DNA of 64,000 nt, taken from positions 97,588,001 to 97,652,000 of the forward strand of contig NC_043003.1 of assembly GCF_006345805.1 (NCBI RefSeq), given 5' to 3'. The position numbers and the translations under genes are program-made. Positions 26,648-37,786 of this stretch are shown here, in pieces (within the stretch, counting starts at the first letter, position 1; each line of letters begins with the position of its first letter). The notes beneath the pieces were generated by a model. The model was not told the origin of the DNA. It was given only the letters and a program-made list of their open reading frames with translations, and made no database searches. This DNA is from Octopus sinensis. Taxonomy: Eukaryota.

Positions 26648-26711
<64 letters not shown>

Positions 26712-26737
26712 ATGACACAGATGTGTTCTATAGTCCC
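25825..26737 (-). other. SAP30L: Probable SAP30L 3' UTR with candidate poly(A) signals AATAAA at 26074-26079 and 25848-25853
   Basis: SINE-free, AU-rich stretch directly after the stop codon with two minus-strand AATAAA hexamers. The 3' end is inferred. Confidence 0.5.
26625..26709. repeat. (AAT)n microsatellite in the SAP30L 3' UTR
   Basis: Direct reading. Confidence 0.95.
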
Positions 26738-26863
26738 CTAGCTTGGAGCTGTTTCGATGTGTTTCTGGTCAAATCTGCTTTTGAAATTCTTTGTCATGTA
26801 AATGAAGAATGTCAAAGTTTCTTTCTCTGCCACGGGAATTGTTTTAAAGTGCCGAGCCACACT
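26738..26863 (-). CDS. SAP30L: SAP30L last coding exon (41 aa + TAG): SVARHFKTIPVAEKETLTFFIYMTKNFKSRFDQKHIETAPS*
   Basis: C-terminal part of the Sin3-binding domain (human TVSRHFRNIPVNEKETLAYFIYMVKSNKSRLDQK). Acceptor tttctttctttccag|; stop at 26738-26740. Confidence 0.95.
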   Translation of the reverse strand, partial: SVARHFKTIPVAEKETLTFFIYMTKNFKSRFDQKHIETAPS

Positions 26864-27036
26864 CTGGAAAGAAAGAAATAAGAGAAAAGTAAAGTAAGGC
26901 ATTTAAAGACACCAAGAACAAAAGAAATCTGCTTTATGGAGAAGAGAGCACGAAAAGAAAGATATGGAAAACTTTGCAGACTATCGGGAATAAGGCTCTG
27001 CCACAGAATGATAATCAAGAAACTACAGGTGAAGGT

Positions 27037-27424
27037 TGTTGGAAGCACTCCGTCGGTTACGACGACGAGGGTTCCGGTTGATCCGATCAACGGAACAGCC
27101 TGCTCGTGAAATTAACGTGTAAGTGGCTGAGCACTCCACAGACATGTGTACCCTTAACGTAGTTCTCGGGGATATTCAGCGTGACACAGAGAGTGACAAG
27201 GCCGGCCCTTTCAAATACAGGTACAACAGAAACAGGAAGTAAGAGTGAGAGAAAGTTGTGGTGAAAGAGTACAGCAGGGATCACCACCATCCCTGCCGGA
27301 GCCTCGTGGAGCTTTAGGTGTTTTCGCTCAATAAACACTCACAACGCCCGGTCTGGGAATCGAAGCCGCGATCCTACGGCCGCGAGTCCGCTGCCCTAAC
27401 CACTGGGCCATTGCGCCTCCTCGA
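27037..27424 (-). mobile_element. SINE family D, young CpG-rich copy with 12-bp TSD ACAGGTGAAGGT, in SAP30L intron 3
   Basis: tRNA-like head GGCGCAATGGCCCAGTGGTTAGGGCAGCGGACTCG...GCTTCGATTCCC; TSD at 27025-27036 and 27425-27436. Older copies lie near 16855, 35490, 36400, 36955 and 57940. Confidence 0.88.
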
Positions 27425-27721
27425 ACAGGTGAAGGTGATGGCTGGTGTTTGCCACACAACCATGTGGTTTCAGGTTGAGTTCCACAATATGGCACACTGG
27501 GCAAGGGTTTTCTACTATTATGATGCCAACCAAAACCATGAGTAGATTTGGTAGACAGAAACTGAAAGAAGTCCACGTATACTAGCAGAAAGACTGCCCC
27601 CTCCAGGCGGTTTTCTGCTAGCCACTTATTGATATTTTCAGTTGATTATTTTTCCGGATGCCCCCTGTTTAATTGCAAAATTCTAATGTGATATTTGTGT
27701 AATGATGAAATCAAACCTGGA

Positions 27722-27769
<48 letters not shown>

Positions 27770-28817
27770 ATTGCAAATAATGAATGAAATAAACATGAAA
27801 TGAAAACAAAAATCATATAAATAAAAGCTTGTTAAAAACTATTTTGTACCAAATATTTAAATTTGTGAACTTGAAATATTCAATAATAAAAGGAAATTCA
27901 GAAAGTAAATTTTCCTGAAAACTCCCCCCCTCACTCTCTCTCTCACACACAAACACACACACATACATAAATGTATATAAACGTACATACAAAGCACGTG
28001 CGCATGTTCAGACGGACTACAAATACACAGAGCTGAACACAGCACATAAAAAGTAAATAGATAAAAAAATTTCATGGAAATTAATGAAGTGTTCAGGTTC
28101 AAGCGAAGATACTAAATAATATACAGTAGCAGCAAAAATAATACTAATAATAATTTCTTTTGTTTGTTACAAATTGCCGAGACAAATCATAAAGTGTTGG
28201 GGTTTACACCACACACAGTATACTTGGCTTGATTTAGGGGAGAGCTGGCCAACCAGAGGCCCTCAGGCTGCATGCAGCCTGCAGACTTTTATCCTGTGGC
28301 CCGCTTGATACTTTCTTGAAATGGGTTTATTTAAAGAAACATTTTTAAAATTTTATCAAAAATTAAAGATTGTAATGAGAAGTAAAAAAGAAAAGTACTA
28401 CTGTTCATGCAAAGATAATATTTCATGTTGAATCAACGACCATTCATTCATTGTTATAATAATTGCATGAGAAAGCAAAATGCTTTCAATTCTGCCAGTA
28501 TACAAGCGACCCTCAAAAAACTTTCTGTGATTAAAGTGGCCCGCAATGTAATTCGAGTTGGCCAGGCCTGATTTAGGGCTAAAGCTCCATCAAGAGGACA
28601 AACTGTTGGGGTCCGGGGAAATATGCCTGACAAAGGGAGAGCATAACTGCTCACAGTTCAGGATTCTCAGCAGATACTATAGCTTCAGTGTTTCCTTATG
28701 CTTCATCAGCTAGTTCATATCAAACATTCTGTACAATCACACTTGAGTTTGATTAGGTGCTGAAGGTACAAGGATTTATTACAAAATTAAGTAACTTTTG
28801 GGTCATAGTATTTAATG

Positions 28818-28869
<52 letters not shown>

Positions 28870-28934
28870 ATATTATAATATAAATAATATGTATATGCAT
28901 ATATACACACGTATATGTACATAAATTTGCATAT

Positions 28935-29386
28935 CCAAAGTACCTTGGATTGCAGGACGGCCTGCTGTGCTTACCTTGGTTTGTAGGGCGACCTTCTGCT
29001 CTTGAGGAGGCCTATTGAGTCAAGTACATCAACATCAAAATAAAAATCAAATAGAAATTGTAGTTGGATACCCGGGCCGGTGGCACATAAAAAGCACCAT
29101 CCGAACGTGGCTGATGCCAGCGCTGCCTTGACTGGCTTCTGTGTCGGTGGCACGTAAAAAGCACCAACCGATTGTGGCCGTTGCCAGCCTCCCCTGGCAC
29201 ATAAAAAGCACCCACTACACACACAGAGTGGTTGGCGTTAGGAAGGGCATCCGACTGTAGAAACACTGCGAGATCAGACTGGAGCCTGGTGCAGCCTCCT
29301 GGCTTCCCAGACCCCAGTCAAACCGTCCAACCCATGCTAGCATGGAAAAGGGACGTTAAACGATGATGATGATGATGATGATGATG
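28935..29386 (+). mobile_element. Family B element (SAP30L intron 3)
   Basis: Same core and tail. Confidence 0.8.
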
Positions 29387-29637
29387 TATTTAAACAGATA
29401 TTAATAAACCAGACAGCTAGTTGCATTCATAAATATGGAACATGAATATATGAATAACATATCTTCATATCAAGCTCGCTTTACTAACACATCTGAGTCT
29501 GATTAGTTGTTGAAGATAGAAGAACTTATCACAAAATTGAGTAGCATTTAAGTCATAAACATTTTAATGTATTTAAATAGACATTAATAAAACAGACAGC
29601 TAGTTGCATTCATAAAGATGAAAAATAACATATCTAC

Positions 29638-29736
29638 CTCAGCTAACTGGGCCTTATTAGTTCCGGGCCGTGTAGGTAACTTATAATGTCGTCTGTATCG
29701 ACGGAGTGTGTTTACAGGCATTTGGAAAAAGTCAAT
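29638..29736 (-). CDS. SAP30L: SAP30L coding exon 3 (33 aa): IDFFQMPVNTLRRYRRHYKLPTRPGTNKAQLAE
   Basis: Start of the Sin3-binding domain (human [33 protein letters not shown]). Acceptor tttccttttcag|, donor GAG|GTAGAT; 99 nt, phase 0/0. Confidence 0.96.
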
Positions 29737-29900
29737 CTGAAAAGGAAATGAAAGTGGGAAAATGGATAACAAAGAACAGAGGAGTAAAGTGAAATTAATA
29801 AATGTAGACATCAATGTATGTATGTATATACAGATATAGAATGTTTTGTATCAGATATGTCATTCATATGGAGACCTGTATGTCAAAAATAGCTAAATGT

Positions 29901-30691
29901 GGATCTTTTCGGTTTGAACGGCAGTTTTTAACATAATTTTTAGGTAACTAAAAAATTTTTAACTTTGTATACTGGTAGAATATGCTTATAAAACATCTTT
30001 TTCTCTTGACTTTATTGATAAAATTCTATAGTTTGTAAGATATTTGTTTTTTTCTTTTTTCAATTTCTGCAATTTCAACCAATCACTGACATCTATTGAG
30101 GTAAAAAAAACAATCTGTGCCATATGAATATGTCCCTCGTTTAAGAAACAGATTGGGTTTATTTACATTTGTGAAGAAAAAAAAGATACCCTTCCCCCGG
30201 TCCCTAACTAACCCTAACCCTAAAACAGATTGAAATGCAATAGATCTCTCTTTATTCTCTTTTACTTGTTTCAGTCATTTGACTGCGGCCATGCTGGAGC
30301 ACCGCCTTTAATCGAGCAACTCGACCCTGGGACTTATTCTTTTGTAAGCCCAGTACTTATTCTATCGGTTTCTTTTGCTGAACCGCTAAGTAACGGGGAC
30401 ATAAACACACCAGCATCGGTTGTCAAGCAATGCTAGGGGGACAAACACACACATATATATATATATATATACATATATACGACGGGTTTCTTTCAGTTTC
30501 CGTCTACCAAATCCACTCACAAGGCTTTGGTCGGCCTGAAGCTATAATAGAAGACACTTCTTGCCCAAGGTGCCACACAGTGGGACTGAACCCGGAACCA
30601 TGTGGTTGGTAAACATACTTGGGTCATAATTATGGGTGACAATTTCATGTGACACCGCTAGAAAAAACTGCCGTTCAAAGCGAAAAGATCC
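29901..30691. mobile_element. Merlin/MULE-like MITE with about 30-bp TIRs, an 8-bp TSD and internal CCCTAA repeats; interrupted by a family A SINE
   Basis: GGATCTTTTCGGTTTGAACGGCAGTTTTT ... AAAAAACTGCCGTTCAAAGCGAAAAGATCC; perfect TSD CTAAATGT (29893-29900 and 30692-30699). Confidence 0.85.
30247..30617 (-). mobile_element. SINE family A inside the Merlin-like MITE (SAP30L intron 2)
   Basis: Near-full-length match; splits the MITE. Confidence 0.85.
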
Positions 30692-31490
30692 CTAAATGTA
30701 GCCAAAAAAACTCAGAATATAAATTTTATCAATCAAGATATAAATGAATGAATGATGAGGTGGGTGTGCATATTTATGGATGGATGGATGAATGACTGCA
30801 AATTTCACCACCCAACCATGTAGTTTTAGATTCAATCCTACTAGATGACATTTTGGAAGTGTGCACTGCTTTAGGTCTTGTGAGTGAAACTGCAAAATCG
30901 TGTGTGTGTGTGTAACTTTCTGTGTGACTTTATACATTGTCAATGTTTGAGCAAAAACGGTGACAAATGTTTACAATGCCTATAACTATTACATCATATA
31001 ATTTGATAGTTGTTAAGGTCTCGATGCATGAAGATCAGCAGAACATCTTATATGAAAACATCTTATAAAGAAAAAGTAGGTGGTGGCAACAAGAAGGGCA
31101 TCTATCCACAGAAATTTGCCACCTGTCTCAATATATTTCATCTAACCAAAGCCCAATATGGAAAAAAAAAATCAGGCATAAAAATAGTGATAATGAACTC
31201 GTGTGTGAGTGAATGTGGGAGAGAGAATTCCTTTTGGCTGGTATTTTTGCCCAACTGTAAAGCAAAAAAGAGATCAGGTCAAAAGGGAATAACAAACTAA
31301 TTATATCCATATTGTGTCTCCTATGCATTTTACTCTTAACATCAACTACCTCAGATTACATTTGGTTCTGTGACACAAGATTCCTATTTTGAATTGGTCT
31401 TAACAAAAATCTTCCATCAATATTTCATATTCATCTATGTTCCAAACACCTTTTCTAAATTCCACATTATTTAAAAAAATTAAATGAAAA

Positions 31491-31895
31491 GCACAGGAGT
31501 GGCTGTGTGGTAAGTAGCTTGTTTACCAACCACATGGTTCCAGGTTCAGTCCCACTGCATGGGACCATGGGCAAAGTGTCTTCTACTATAGCCTCGGGCC
31601 GACCAAAGCCTTGTGAGTGGATTTGGTAGACGGAAACTGAAAGAAGCCCGTCGTATGTATGTGTATATATATATATATATATATGTGTGTTTGTGTGTCT
31701 GTGTTTGTCCTCCTAGCATTGCTTGACAACCGATGCTGGTGTGTTTATGTCCCCGTTACTTAGCGGTTCGGCAAAAGAGACCGATAGAATAAGTACTGGG
31801 CTTACAAAAGAATAAGTCCCGGGGTCGAGTTGCTCGATTAAAGGCGGTGCTCCAGCATGGCCGCAGTCAAATGACTGAAACAAGTAAAAGAGAAA
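31491..31895 (+). mobile_element. SINE family A (SAP30L intron 2)
   Basis: Full-length match. Confidence 0.85.
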
Positions 31896-32526
31896 TAAAA
31901 AGTTTGTGTATTTTGCAAAAGAAATATAGTAACAAAAAAAAAAAAGAGTTTGTTTAGTCAAACTTATTTTACAGACTCCAGCAGGATGAAAAGCAATTTT
32001 AGCCACAGAAGGATTTGAACTGAAACAAAGAACACAAGGTCTTGTAATCTGATGCCGACATGACACTTCAATTCCCATTTTATTAATAATATATAATAAA
32101 TATAATTAATAAGTGCAGGTGTAGCTGTGTGGTAAGATGCTTGCTTCCTAGCCACATGGTTCTGGGTTCAGTCCCAATGTGTGGCATGTTAGGCAAGTGT
32201 CTTCAGGCCAACTAGCCTTGTGAGAGGATTTGGTAGATGGAAACTGAAAAAAAGGCTGTCGTGTGTGTGTGTGTGTGTGTGCACGTATTTGTGTTTGTCC
32301 TCCCACCACCACTTGACAAGCAGTGTTGGTTTTTTTTTTTTTTATACCAGTAACTTGGCGGTTTGGCAACAGAGAATGATAGAATAAATACCAGACTTAA
32401 AAATATGTCCTCAGGTCGAATTTATTTGGCTAAAATCCTTCGAGGTGGTGCTCCAGCATGGCTACTACAGTCAAATGACTGAAACAAGTTAATTTGTAAA
32501 AACGAAAAGAACAAAATAATAATATA

Positions 32527-32905
32527 GGCGTAGGAGTGGCTGTGTGGTAAGTAGCTTGTTTACCAACCACATGGTTCTGGGTTCATTCCTACTGTGTGGC
32601 ACCTTGGGCAAGTGTCTTCTACTATAGCCTCAGGCCGACCAAAGCCTTGTGAGTGGATTTGGTAGACGGAAACTGAAAGAAGCCCATCGTATATATGTAT
32701 ATATGTGTGTGCATGTTTGTGTATCGGTGTTTGTCCCCCCAACATCGCTCGACAATCGAAGCAGGTGTGCTTACGTCCCCATAACTTAGCGGTTCGGCAA
32801 AAGAGACCGATAGAATAAGTCCTGGGGTCGATTTGCTCGACTAAAAGGTGGTGCTCCAGCATGGCCACAGTCAAATGACTGAAACCAGTAAAAGAGAGTA
32901 AAGAG
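32527..32905 (+). mobile_element. SINE family A (an older copy lies at about 32115-32490)
   Basis: Full-length match. Confidence 0.85.
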
Positions 32906-34024
32906 ATATTCATTGCACTGTGAGATACTTACTTGCCTTGTGTTTTAGTCAAACACATCAACATGAATATTTATGTATTTTCTAAGTGCAGTCGGTACTT
33001 ACAGGTATAAACAAAAAAAACACTGGCTAACAATAAGCGGGGGTGGAGGGTGCAGTGAAACACAAATATACAGACACGTACGTCTGCATGTGTTCAGTTT
33101 TCATCTGCCACATCCACCCACAAGGTTTTTGGCTTTTGGGTTGCCCAAAAATAAGTAAGACACTTTACTTGCTCAATGTGCCCCATGCAGTGGGACTAAA
33201 TCTGAAACTACGTGGTTGAGAAGCAAACTTCTTACTATGCCTGTGTATAATTTATTTATGTTATATACACTCCACACCTTGCAGTAAAGGAATGTGGAGC
33301 TGACACAATCAAAAACGTCTGGATTCTTAGAATAAGGCAAGCACGTTGTGTTTTGTTGTTCATGTTGTTCCAGTCTATTCAGATGCAGAGCCACAGAATC
33401 AAAAGGGATCTTTTTGCAGCTACATTAGGTAAGGCACCGAAGACAATCAAGCCTTCTTTTTTATTTTTACATACTTTATATATTAAAAATTAAAAAGAAA
33501 AAACATAATATATTAATTACAATATTATTTACTTATTATTGATTTTATATTACAAAATAAATTATTAATTTTGATATACATATAAAATAAATAATAAATA
33601 ATGTGTAAAAAATTAAAATAAAAAAAAATTAAAGTCGAGGAAAAAAAACGTTGTTTCTAAAAATTTCTCTTTCAAATATGACGCTATCTGATGTCGCTAC
33701 TTTGTCTTGCTGACAAGAGGGAAGTCACTCTGATTTTCATATTCAACTAAAAAAAAGCATCAGAAAGGATCCAACTAAAGGGCCGTCACTCTAATTCAGA
33801 CACGTTTAACAGACAGAGAGAAATATCTAAGGAAGGTGGATAACTCTTTCTGTTTCAGTACAAAGTTTTGGAACAAACTACAACGAAGTAACTGCAACTA
33901 ACGGAATGGCGGCAGCGGCGGCGGCGGAGACAACAGCAGCGTCACCACAATCTTGGCATACTATTCGTGCTTAGTCCCGGATCAATCGTCCTCGAACAGA
34001 CTTACGATAAAAAGGAGAGCATTT

Positions 34025-34451
34025 GGATCTTTTCGGTTTGAACGGCAGTTTTTAACATAATTTCTAGGTAACTAAAAAATTTTAAACTTCGTATACTAGT
34101 AGAATGCGTTTATAAAACATCTTTTTCTCTTGGCTTTATTGAGAAAATTCTATAGTTTCTAAAATATTCGTTGTTTTTTTTTTTCTTCAATTTCTGCAAT
34201 TTCAACCAATCACTGACGTCCATTGAGGTAAAAAAAAAAAAATTCTCTGCCGTATGAATATGTTCCTCGTTTAAAAAACAGATTGGGTTTATTTACATTT
34301 GTGAAGAAAAAAAAAGATACCCTTTCTCCCACCCCTAACCCTAACCCTAAAATAGATTGAAATGCAATAGATCGATACTAGGGTCATAATTATGGGTGAC
34401 AATTTCATACGACACCGCTAGAAAAAACTGCCATTCGAACCGAGAAGATCC
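34025..34451. mobile_element. Second, uninterrupted copy of the same MITE, 63 bp from the SAP30L exon 2 donor
   Basis: Same TIRs; TSD GAGCATTT/GAGTATTT; internal ccctaaccctaaccctaa. Confidence 0.85.
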
Positions 34452-34514
34452 GAGTATTTGAAATAGTCAAAAGAAATGTTAACAATAAATAAAGAGTAAC
34501 TTAATTAAATTTAC

Positions 34515-34637
34515 CTCTGGTATCTCTTCGTCTCCCTCTAGTGATCCACGATCGTCTTCGCTATCTTTCCTCTTCCGCTTTGAGCGAACATTGTGAATGA
34601 CATTTTTATGATAGTCGCAAATGTAGATATGAGAAAC
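34515..34637 (-). CDS. SAP30L: SAP30L coding exon 2 (41 aa): VSHIYICDYHKNVIHNVRSKRKRKDSEDDRGSLEGDEEIPE
   Basis: Translated by hand (not in the ORF track). Contains the zinc ligands YICDYH, the polybasic NLS KRKRK and the acidic region. Acceptor CAG| at 34638-34639, donor GAG|GTAAAT; 123 nt, phase 0/0. Confidence 0.96.
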
Positions 34638-34785
34638 CTGTGAAGCATGGCAAAAAATGAAATTCTTCAGACAAGCAATGGGTGTATTTTCAGATTTTCA
34701 ATAATAGAAGAAACAGTAGCAAGTGTTAGTAAACTCGTTTAATCATCTGGATTCAATAAATTCATCACTCTTTGATACTTTTAGT

Positions 34786-35004
34786 GCGAGGGGTGCTTGG
34801 AAAAAGTTCCTGGCTTTAAAGGTATCAAGAAATGTCTGACTGGAGGCCCAATCTTTTGATTTGCTTTTACAGGGATTAGAAAAACTGAAGGACTACTGCA
34901 ATGTGTGAATCTGAGAGAGCAATATGTTGAATAAAAAATCATAATTAACTGGTCCTCCTGTACTTTCTTTTACCTAAGCCAGTAACTTTTCAATACCAGC
35001 TCGT
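34786..35004. mobile_element. Mariner-type MITE
   Basis: CGAGGGGTGCT.GAAAAGTTCCTGGCTTT-type TIRs; a sister copy lies at 35802-36027. Confidence 0.65.
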
Positions 35005-35015
35005 GTGTGTGTGTA

Positions 35016-35056
<41 letters not shown>

Positions 35057-35068
35057 TATGTAAATAAA

Positions 35069-35298
35069 GGCAGCAAGCTGGCAGAAACCTTAGCACTCCG
35101 GGCGAAATGCGTAGCCGTATTTCGTCTGCCGTTACGTTCTGAGTTCAAATTCCGCCGAGGTTGACTTTGCCTTTCATCCTTTCGGGGTCGATAAATTAAG
35201 TATCAGTTATGCACTGGGGTCGATGTAATCGACTTAATCCGTTTGTCTGTCCCTGTTTGTCCCCTCTGTGTTTAGCCCCTTGTGGGTAGTAAAGAAAT
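35069..35298 (+). mobile_element. SINE family C (SAP30L coding intron 1)
   Basis: Full-length match. Confidence 0.85.
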
Positions 35299-35801
35299 AT
35301 GTATATATAAATATATATATATATATATCTTATTATCGTTTAACATCTGCCTTCCAAGCTAACCTGGGTGGGACAAATATATATATATATATATGCTGTG
35401 AAATATAGTTCACACATGTACATCTATCTATCTAGCTATTATGTGTTTGTGTGAATGTATGTGTATATGTGAGTATATATCTGTCACTCCATCGGTTATG
35501 ATGACAAGGGTTCCAGCTGATCTGATCAACGGAACAGCCTGCTCGTGAAATTAACAAGCAAGTGGCTGAGCACTCCACGGACATGAATACCCTTAATGTA
35601 GTCCACAGAGAACTTCAGTGTGATACACAATGCGACAAGACTGGCCCTTTTGAAATACCCATTTTTGCCAGCTGAGTGGACTGGAGCAACATGAAATAAA
35701 GCGTCTTGCTCAAGGACACAACACGTCACCAGGAATTGAACTCACAATCGAATGCCCTAACCACTCAACCATGTGCCTTCACACACACATGCGCACATAT
35801 A

Positions 35802-36027
35802 TACATGAGTGGGTGCTGAAGAGTTCCTGGCTTTAAGGGTATTGCAAAATGCCTGATTGGAGACCCAACCTTCCAAGTTCTTTTACAGGGGTTAGAAAAA
35901 CTGAAGGACCACTGCAATACATATGTGAATCTGAGCGGGGGAAATACAGTGAATAACATTATAATGAACTGATCGTTTTGTATTTTCTTTTACCCAAAAC
36001 CAAGAACTGTTCAGCACCCCACTTGTA
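35802..36027. mobile_element. Mariner-type MITE
   Basis: TIR gtgctgaagagttcctggcttt matches the reverse complement of the 3' end (gtgctgaacagttcttggtttt). Confidence 0.7.
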
Positions 36028-37299
36028 GTGTGTACTTTGTTATAAGTACTCAGCCCAGGTCTTCAGATGGAGGATATTTTAATACCTTGAATACCTATAG
36101 AACCTTGCCTTGTACAGTGGCACTGTTTGTTGGAAGCTACAAGTAGTTCTCCAGAAGGAACCTGCTGCTAGATGTGAAGCACTCAGATCCATGTGTGATG
36201 CTTGGAGGGGTTGCTCTATTTGCTGGTAGTGGGGGCTACCTATAGCCACTAATTTCCAACTGAATTTTTTAGAGGGAATGAAGTAGTAGCTAGCAATAAT
36301 CCAATGCATAGTAGTTTTGCTGCCACTTGTCATGCTAGCATTGAATGATGATGCACCAGTTCATCCAAATCTTTGAGACAATGCTGAGGTCACTGTGGAG
36401 GCATGTGGCTTAGTGGTTAGGGTGTTGGTCTCACGATTGTAAGATTGTGGCTTCAATTCCTAGACCAGGGATGCATTGTGTTCTAGAGTGTAAAAATTCA
36501 CTTCATATTGCTCCAGTCCACTCAGCTATAGAAGTGAGTTTAGCTTGGAGAGGGATGGGCTCCACCAAGCTTTCTCACTCAAGATACACTGCATGGCTGC
36601 AGTGCCCCATGACCCCCAAGAGGTTAAGGGATTTATCAGTCATCAAAGGTCATTAATGCTGCACTCTTTTAACTAAACAAGGCAGAGGCAACCTTTTGCA
36701 GGAAGCAGGTCATATGACTCAACTCATTATCAGGTGGGCTGTACTACTAAAAAAAATTCACAGGAATTTTTTGTTGATATGCCACTCAGAAAGTCCAGTG
36801 AGCCAGTTTGCCCAAGACTGAACAAAACTGTAAAAGAGAAATAAGAGATTTATTGGCATTCATGCCAAATTCAACCACCAAACCAAAGTGTTCTTGCAAA
36901 CATGAACTATATCACGTTTGTCTTTTAATGCAATGGTTCTTAAACATGAGTGAGGGCACATGGCTTAGTGGTCTGACTATTTGGCTCCTGATTGCAAGAC
37001 ACTTTATTTCACGTTGCTCAATCCACTCAGCTGGCAAAAATGAGTAGTACCTTATTTCAAAGGGCCAGCCTCGTCACATATTGTCACACTGAATTTCCCT
37101 GGGAACTACGTTAAGGGTACACGTGTCTGTGGAATGCTCAGTCACATGCATGTAAATTTCATGAGTAGGCTTGTTCTGTTGATCAGATCAACTGGAATCC
37201 TAGTTGCCGTAACCGATGAAGTGTCACTCTTAAACATGGATATTATTACTAACTGGAACAAAGAGATAAAATAACTAAGAGGGAAGGAGGCATATGATT

Positions 37300-37703
37300 C
37301 AACATCAATGGAAATTGTAGCTGTGATACCAGTGCCGGGGGCACGTAAGAGAACCATCTGATGTGGCCGTTGCCAGCGCCACCCCAACTGGCCTCCGTGC
37401 CGGTGGCACGTAAAAAGCACCATCCGATTGTGGCCATTGCCTGCCTTGTCTGGCCCCCGTGCCAGTGGCAAGTAAAAAGCACCAATCCGATCGTGGCCAT
37501 TTGCCAGCCTCGTCTGGCACCTGTGCAGGTGGCGCATAAAAAGCACCCACTACACTCACAGAGTGGTTAGCGTTAGGAAGGGCATCCAGCTGTAGAAACA
37601 CTGCCAGATCAGACTGGGCCTGGTGCAGCCTTCTGGCTTCAGAGACCCCAGTTGAACTGTCCAACCCATGCTAGCATGGAAAACAGACGTTAAACGATGA
37701 TGA
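37300..37703 (+). mobile_element. Family B element ending 10 bp before the tRNA-Phe
   Basis: Same core and tail. Confidence 0.8.
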
Positions 37704-37713
37704 AGAAAAATTA

Positions 37714-37786
37714 GCCGAAATAGCTCAGTTGGGAGAGCGTTAGACTGAACATCTAAAGGTCCCCGGTTCAATCCCGGGTTTCGGCA
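37714..37786 (+). tRNA. tRNA-Phe (anticodon GAA at 37747-37749) with variant C37
   Basis: 73 nt GCCGAAATAGCTCAGTTGGGAGAGCGTTAGACTGAACATCTAAAGGTCCCCGGTTCAATCCCGGGTTTCGGCA. All stems pair, A and B boxes are intact, and a T5 terminator follows at 37808-37812. Confidence 0.9.

Noticed and set aside
26324-26881. Poly-Asn and poly-Ile ORFs
   Set aside because: They are translations of the (AAT)n microsatellite in the SAP30L 3' UTR and overlap the true last exon on the opposite strand or frame.
30200-30225. CCCTAA repeats as a telomere or chromosome-fusion scar
   Set aside because: Only 2-3 units are present, at the same position inside both copies of a MITE.
31843-31881. Family A tail AGTC-AAAT-GACT-GAAAC resembling hammerhead stem II plus GAAAC
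   Set aside because: There is no CUGANGA before the hairpin in any copy. It is better explained as a LINE-recognition stem-loop.
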